64,000 bases of DNA, from NCBI GenBank assembly GCA_963845535.1, contig CAWJSK010000012.1, positions 128,001 through 192,000 on the forward strand. Reading direction: 5' to 3'. The position numbers and the translations under genes were made by a program. Shown here in pieces: positions 59,757-64,000 of this stretch (within the stretch, counting starts at the first letter, position 1; the number at the start of each line of letters is the position of its first letter). Source of the DNA: an uncultured Spirochaetota bacterium (GTDB lineage: Bacteria > Spirochaetota > Spirochaetia > SZUA-6 > Fen-1364). The notes beneath the pieces were generated by a model. It had not been told where the DNA came from. It worked only from the letters and a program-made list of their open reading frames with translations, and ran no database searches.

Positions 59757-60894
59757 GCACCCGCCTCCCCTCCATGAAAGGCGTCGGCGTCGCCTGCGGC
59801 AAAAGCGTGAGGACTCCGTTCCTCCAGTAACACGGCGTCTGCGAGGCGGACGTCTCGGTGTCCCCCACGATGTAGACGTTCCCGCTCGTATCTACCGCGG
59901 CGCCGTTCGTGTAGCCGTATGATTGGGCTCCTGCGCCCGTGGGCAAGAGTGCGAGCGTCCCATTCCGCCAGTAGCACGGAAGAAGGGTCGTGTTGGAGGC
60001 GCCAACGGCACCGGCAATCGACACGTTCCCAGAGGTGTCGACTGCCACGCCGTTCGCCCACCCAACCGTGTTTCCCGTCCCGACGGAGAGTATCGTCAGA
60101 CTGCCGTTCTCCCAATAGCATGGCTCCACGGCAGCGCTCGACGTTCCGACCACCCCGGCGAGGAATACGTCCCCTGCGGCGTCGATTGCAATGCTCGTCA
60201 CCAATCCGTACGAGTTTCCCGTGCTAAGGGTGGGAAGGTTCAGAGCGCCGTTCACCCAACAGGCAGGCAGCAGCGAGGATCCTGAGGGGCCTACAGCGCC
60301 GGCGACATACACGTTTCCTTTTGCATCGAGGGATACGGCGAAACCCTGCCCATACGAGTTTCCCGTCCCCAGCGGAAGCAGGGTGAGAGCGCCATTCGTC
60401 CAGAGGGATGCGGATAGGGAAGAGGTCGAAGACCCGACGCCTCCGGTGGCGTAGAGGGTCTGCCCGCTTGCGAGGATTCCCGAGGCCACGCCGGCGGCGC
60501 TCGTGCCTGTGGTCAGGTATGAGAGCGCCCCGTTCTCCCAGCAGCAGGGAACAAGCAAGTCCGTCGTCGACCCTACTGCCCCCGCGATGAAGAAATTGCC
60601 GGATGTGTCGACAGTGCTCCACCCTATGGCGAAGGCATAATTGCCCTGGCCTACCGGCAGCGTTGTGACAAGTGATCCATTTTCCCAGTAGCAGGGCAAC
60701 TGCGAGCTGGTGGTGCCCGTCACCCCGCCGATCAGCACGTTGCCGGAAGTATCAAAGGCGATATCCACGGCGTCCCCAAGAGAGGGGGCTCCCAACCCGG
60801 GGGAATAATTCGAGGGTTGGTAGCAGCCGTCCATCAGGACCGGTATCAGGACGCAAATAATGCTTATGGGCAAGAATGCCCTTGAGACCTTCAT
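59740..60894 (-). CDS. Putative lipoprotein with seven ~50-aa repeats (7-bladed beta-propeller)
   Basis: Signal peptide with LMDGC; 7 repeats of consensus AVDTSGNVYIAGAVG...PCYWENG. Confidence 0.85.
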   Translation of the reverse strand: MKVSRAFLPISIICVLIPVLMDGCYQPSNYSPGLGAPSLGDAVDIAFDTSGNVLIGGVTGTTSSQLPCYWENGSLVTTLPVGQGNYAFAIGWSTVDTSGNFFIAGAVGSTTDLLVPCCWENGALSYLTTGTSAAGVASGILASGQTLYATGGVGSSTSSLSASLWTNGALTLLPLGTGNSYGQGFAVSLDAKGNVYVAGAVGPSGSSLLPACWVNGALNLPTLSTGNSYGLVTSIAIDAAGDVFLAGVVGTSSAAVEPCYWENGSLTILSVGTGNTVGWANGVAVDTSGNVSIAGAVGASNTTLLPCYWRNGTLALLPTGAGAQSYGYTNGAAVDTSGNVYIVGDTETSASQTPCYWRNGVLTLLPQATPTPFMEGRRVLTPAR

Positions 60895-60946
60895 AGAGTC
60901 ACCCGCTCACTATACCCGCGGGGGCGTCATTCCGTTTTGAAAATTG

Positions 60947-62365
60947 CTACGTGCCGGCCAGCTCGCGGACCCGCTCCACAAGGGTGGCTACTTCCCGCAT
61001 TGTCGTAGTGGGGCTCATGAACGCCAGGCGCAGGTATCTCTTCCCGTTGAGCTCAGCGGTGGAGAGATAGTGGGTTCCGCGTGAGATGAGGGCACTGCGA
61101 ATGGAAAGCTGCAGGTCATCCCCTCCCTCAACGCGGAAGCAGAGGATATTCGCCTGCGGCTCCACGGGGCATTCGAAACCGGGCTGCGCGCGATATGTAG
61201 CGGTACGCGTCGGCAGCCAGGGCAAACTGCCGCTCGACGTAGTCGGCAAGGCCGCGCTCTCCCAGCGCCGCAAGGACGGCAAAGAAGCGGAGCCCCAGCC
61301 CCGCCTTGGTGCATTCGACGGTACGGTGAATGAAATCGAAGCCCGGCTGTTCTTTGTCGTGGAAAAGGTAGCTCGCCTCCTGCTCGAAAGCGGCGTCGAG
61401 CGTGCGCGCGTCCTTGACCAAAACAGCGGCGCACAGCGTGGGAGTGCACATGAGCTTGTGCGCGTCCCAGACTACCGAGTCCGCGAGCTCGATCCCGGAA
61501 AGCAGATGGCGCAGGACCGGGCTTACAAGCGCGCTGGCACCGTGGGCGCCATCCACGTGCAGCCACACTCCGCGCTCCCGGCAGGCAACCCCAATCTCAG
61601 AAAGCGGGTCATAGATCCCAACTGCCGTGCTGCATGCGTTGGCAACGAGCGCAAAAGGCCTTCTCCCGTCATCCTGCACGCGCTGGAAGACAGGACCGAG
61701 CGCGTCGGGGATTACCCTCCCCCGTCCATCGACGGGAAGCTCGTAGATCGCCGCCCGGCCCATCCCCATGATGCCCGCAGCGCGCGCAATCGAATAATGC
61801 GACTCCGCCGGGGCCAAGAGCGCAAGGTCGGCCGGCGCGCCGTCTTTCCAGGTCCGCGGGGCAATCCGCCCGCGCGCGGCCAGAAGCGCGGTGAGGTTTG
61901 CCAGGGAACCCTCCATGGGTCAGGACCCCTCCTCCCGAGGCAGCCCCCTTCGACGGCCTGGCGCGGGGACGGCGCCGGCGCCCACCCCACTTTCTCCAGC
62001 ATCCAGTTGATGACGAAAAACTCGACTGCCGCGGCCGCGGGGCCCATCTCGTAGATCGCCATGGCGTTGTTCGTGAAGCCGTCGATCATTGCCGCTAGGG
62101 AGCCGGTCGGGTGAGGAGCGGCAACCTGGTGGGCGAGATACGACGGGTGATGCAGGCGCGTGGTGGATTCAAGGTAGCGGCGGAGGAACCGCATGAGCGT
62201 TCTCCCGCGCAAGCCTCCGCCCGCGGCAAGCCGCTTCAGCTCAAGCCCTTCCACGAGCTCTTCGATGGGGACTTGGTGAATGACGGGCCGCTCGCCGGCA
62301 ACGGACTGCCTGAGGAAACGGGCCAGCTCCCGTGAGACGATCCGGGCGTCGCGGGTGAAGCTCAT
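60947..62365 (-). CDS. Group II PLP-dependent decarboxylase (diaminobutyrate decarboxylase-like), 3 frameshifts
   Basis: LHHPSYLAHQ, YEMGP, GGSLAN, HYSIARA, HVDGAHG, WDAHK, NILCFR; frame changes near 61935, 61910 and 61190. Confidence 0.88.
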
Positions 62366-63786
62366 TGTGCCGCCTGGGGCTGCGGCCTTCCGCCGCACGC
62401 GAGGATGGGGATAGCGGCTGCGCACACGAAGGCGGACAGCACGATGACGTTCCCGATGCCGTGCGCAAGCGGATTCCTCCCTGCCTCCATCACCGTTCCG
62501 CGGTTGCCCTCGAACCGGAGAAGAAGAGGAAGGAGAAGCGAGGCAAGCGCGATGCCGAGTGTCATGGCCAGGTTGCGCCCGGCAGCGGAAACACTGGAAG
62601 CGATGGCCGTCTGAGCGCGAGGAAGGGCGTTCATCATCTCCGTGTTGTTGGGGCTCTGAAACAAGGCGCTGCCCAGGGCCAGGAGCACGAACAATCCCCC
62701 CATGGCGCCGAAACCGAGCTGCTGCCGGGCGAGGAGTCCAAGGACCAAGAGGGAGGCGGCGGCGGCCGACACTCCAATGGTCCCGTAGTGGGCGAACCTG
62801 TGCCGGTCATACAGCCATCCGCTGGCAGGTGACGCCACCACCATGACCAAAGGCACGATCAGGAACACCATCCCGACCTGCGTCGGACGGAATCCCATGA
62901 CCCCTTCGAAGTAAAAGGGACCCACGATGTTGATCATGAAATTAGAGACAAAGAAGAGCATCATGGCGATGACCGGATACAGGAAAGCCTTATTGGAGAA
63001 GATGCGAAGGTCAAGCAGGGGCTGCCGCGCTGAGCGCTCACGAAGGATGAATCCCAGGGTCGACCCGACGAAAATGGCTCCAAGCACGAGCGCCGTGATG
63101 AACGTTCCCGTCATGGATTCGACCTGGGAGAGGAAAAGCATCAGGGAGAAAAGGGAGACAGCCAGCGTGGCGGCGCCTCCCCAGTCCATGTCGAGCTTCG
63201 GAGCGCGCTCTTCGCGGACCCTGAGAAAGATGATGGCGCAGGTCACAAGGACTATCCCGATGGGAACGTTGATCAGGAAGATGTACTGCCAGCCCAGCGT
63301 GTCAACCAGGATCCCTCCCAGGATCGGGCCCAGGATACTGCCAACCGCAATGGTGGACCCCATGTATCCCATGGCCCTCCCGCGCTCCTGCGGCGGGAAA
63401 GCCAGGAAAAGGATGGCGCCGCTGATGCTGAAAACCATGGCTCCGCCGACGGCCTGGATAACCCGAAAAGCAATGAGCTGGGTCAGGGAAGTGGACAACC
63501 CGCAGGCAAACGAAGCAAGGGTAAAGATGGAAAAACCCGTGATGAAGAGCGGGACTTTCCCGGTGAAGCCGGAAAGACGCCCGAAGAACAAAAGCAATGC
63601 GGTGAGGGTGACCATGTATCCGGTGATGGACCACTGGGAAAGCCCAAGATCCACGTGAAACGCCGCTGTGATGGTGGGAAGCGCGATATTCACGACAATG
63701 CCGTCCAGCACGGACATGAGGACGCCGACCAGAACGATGATCATGATGACGTACTTGTGGGAATTGCCCGAGGGCGCCTGAGACAT
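62362..63786 (-). CDS. MFS transporter (DHA2, 14 TM)
   Basis: LDGIVVNIALP, RVIQAVGGA, GPILGG, WQYIFLINVPIG, FQSPN. Confidence 0.93.
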   Translation of the reverse strand: MSQAPSGNSHKYVIMIIVLVGVLMSVLDGIVVNIALPTITAAFHVDLGLSQWSITGYMVTLTALLLFFGRLSGFTGKVPLFITGFSIFTLASFACGLSTSLTQLIAFRVIQAVGGAMVFSISGAILFLAFPPQERGRAMGYMGSTIAVGSILGPILGGILVDTLGWQYIFLINVPIGIVLVTCAIIFLRVREERAPKLDMDWGGAATLAVSLFSLMLFLSQVESMTGTFITALVLGAIFVGSTLGFILRERSARQPLLDLRIFSNKAFLYPVIAMMLFFVSNFMINIVGPFYFEGVMGFRPTQVGMVFLIVPLVMVVASPASGWLYDRHRFAHYGTIGVSAAAASLLVLGLLARQQLGFGAMGGLFVLLALGSALFQSPNNTEMMNALPRAQTAIASSVSAAGRNLAMTLGIALASLLLPLLLRFEGNRGTVMEAGRNPLAHGIGNVIVLSAFVCAAAIPILACGGRPQPQAAQ

Positions 63787-63866
63787 TCTTATCCCTCCGT
63801 TGGTATGCCCGGACTATACAGGAATGGGGGATACCACGCCAGCGGACGGAACGTCCCGAAGCTGTC

Positions 63867-64000
63867 TCAGAATGCTCCTTTTCTCAGATTGATGCCGTGC
63901 TCCAGGTACGCTTTCAGGCAGCAGCTCATGTTCATCCATCCCTGGCAATTCCCATAGGATCCCTGCAGCCCTTCCTCTGTGGAACGCCATTCCCCCTCGA
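63867..64000 (-). CDS. SRPBCC/AHSA1 (YndB-like) protein, C-terminal end (partial)
   Basis: Manual translation EGEWRSTEEGLQGSYGNCQGWMNMSCCLKAYLEHGINLRKGAF*. Confidence 0.8.
   Translation of the reverse strand, partial: EGEWRSTEEGLQGSYGNCQGWMNMSCCLKAYLEHGINLRKGAF

Overview
This is a GC-rich bacterial chromosomal segment, probably from an uncultured Spirochaetia-like anaerobe. That assignment is an inference from the lipoprotein and outer-membrane beta-barrel styles and the gene mix. It is mostly metabolic: partial enolase; a urocanate/histidine catabolic operon (LIV-type ABC transporter, hutU, ftcD, hutI, no hutH); envelope proteins; a RACo-type corrinoid activator; nadE; radA; a polyol/pentose cluster with araA; a kamA, ATP-grasp ligase, GNAT and membrane protein operon; hflX; a 950-aa GGDEF protein; a hexuronate cluster (uxaE, uxaC, uxuA, uxuB-like, GntR, ABC); a fused phosphomannomutase/mannose-6-P isomerase facing manC; a 7-repeat beta-propeller lipoprotein; a PLP decarboxylase and an MFS transporter. 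I found no mobile elements, CRISPR arrays, rRNA or tRNA. Many genes carry single-base frameshifts, including normally essential eno, which suggests long-read indel errors. The most interesting signals are: (i) a promoter-driven, highly structured orphan RNA at ~31365-31520; (ii) the uncharacterised lysine aminomutase/ATP-grasp/GNAT operon that converges on it; (iii) pervasive leaderless gene starts; (iv) a structured leader on the hutH-less hut operon.
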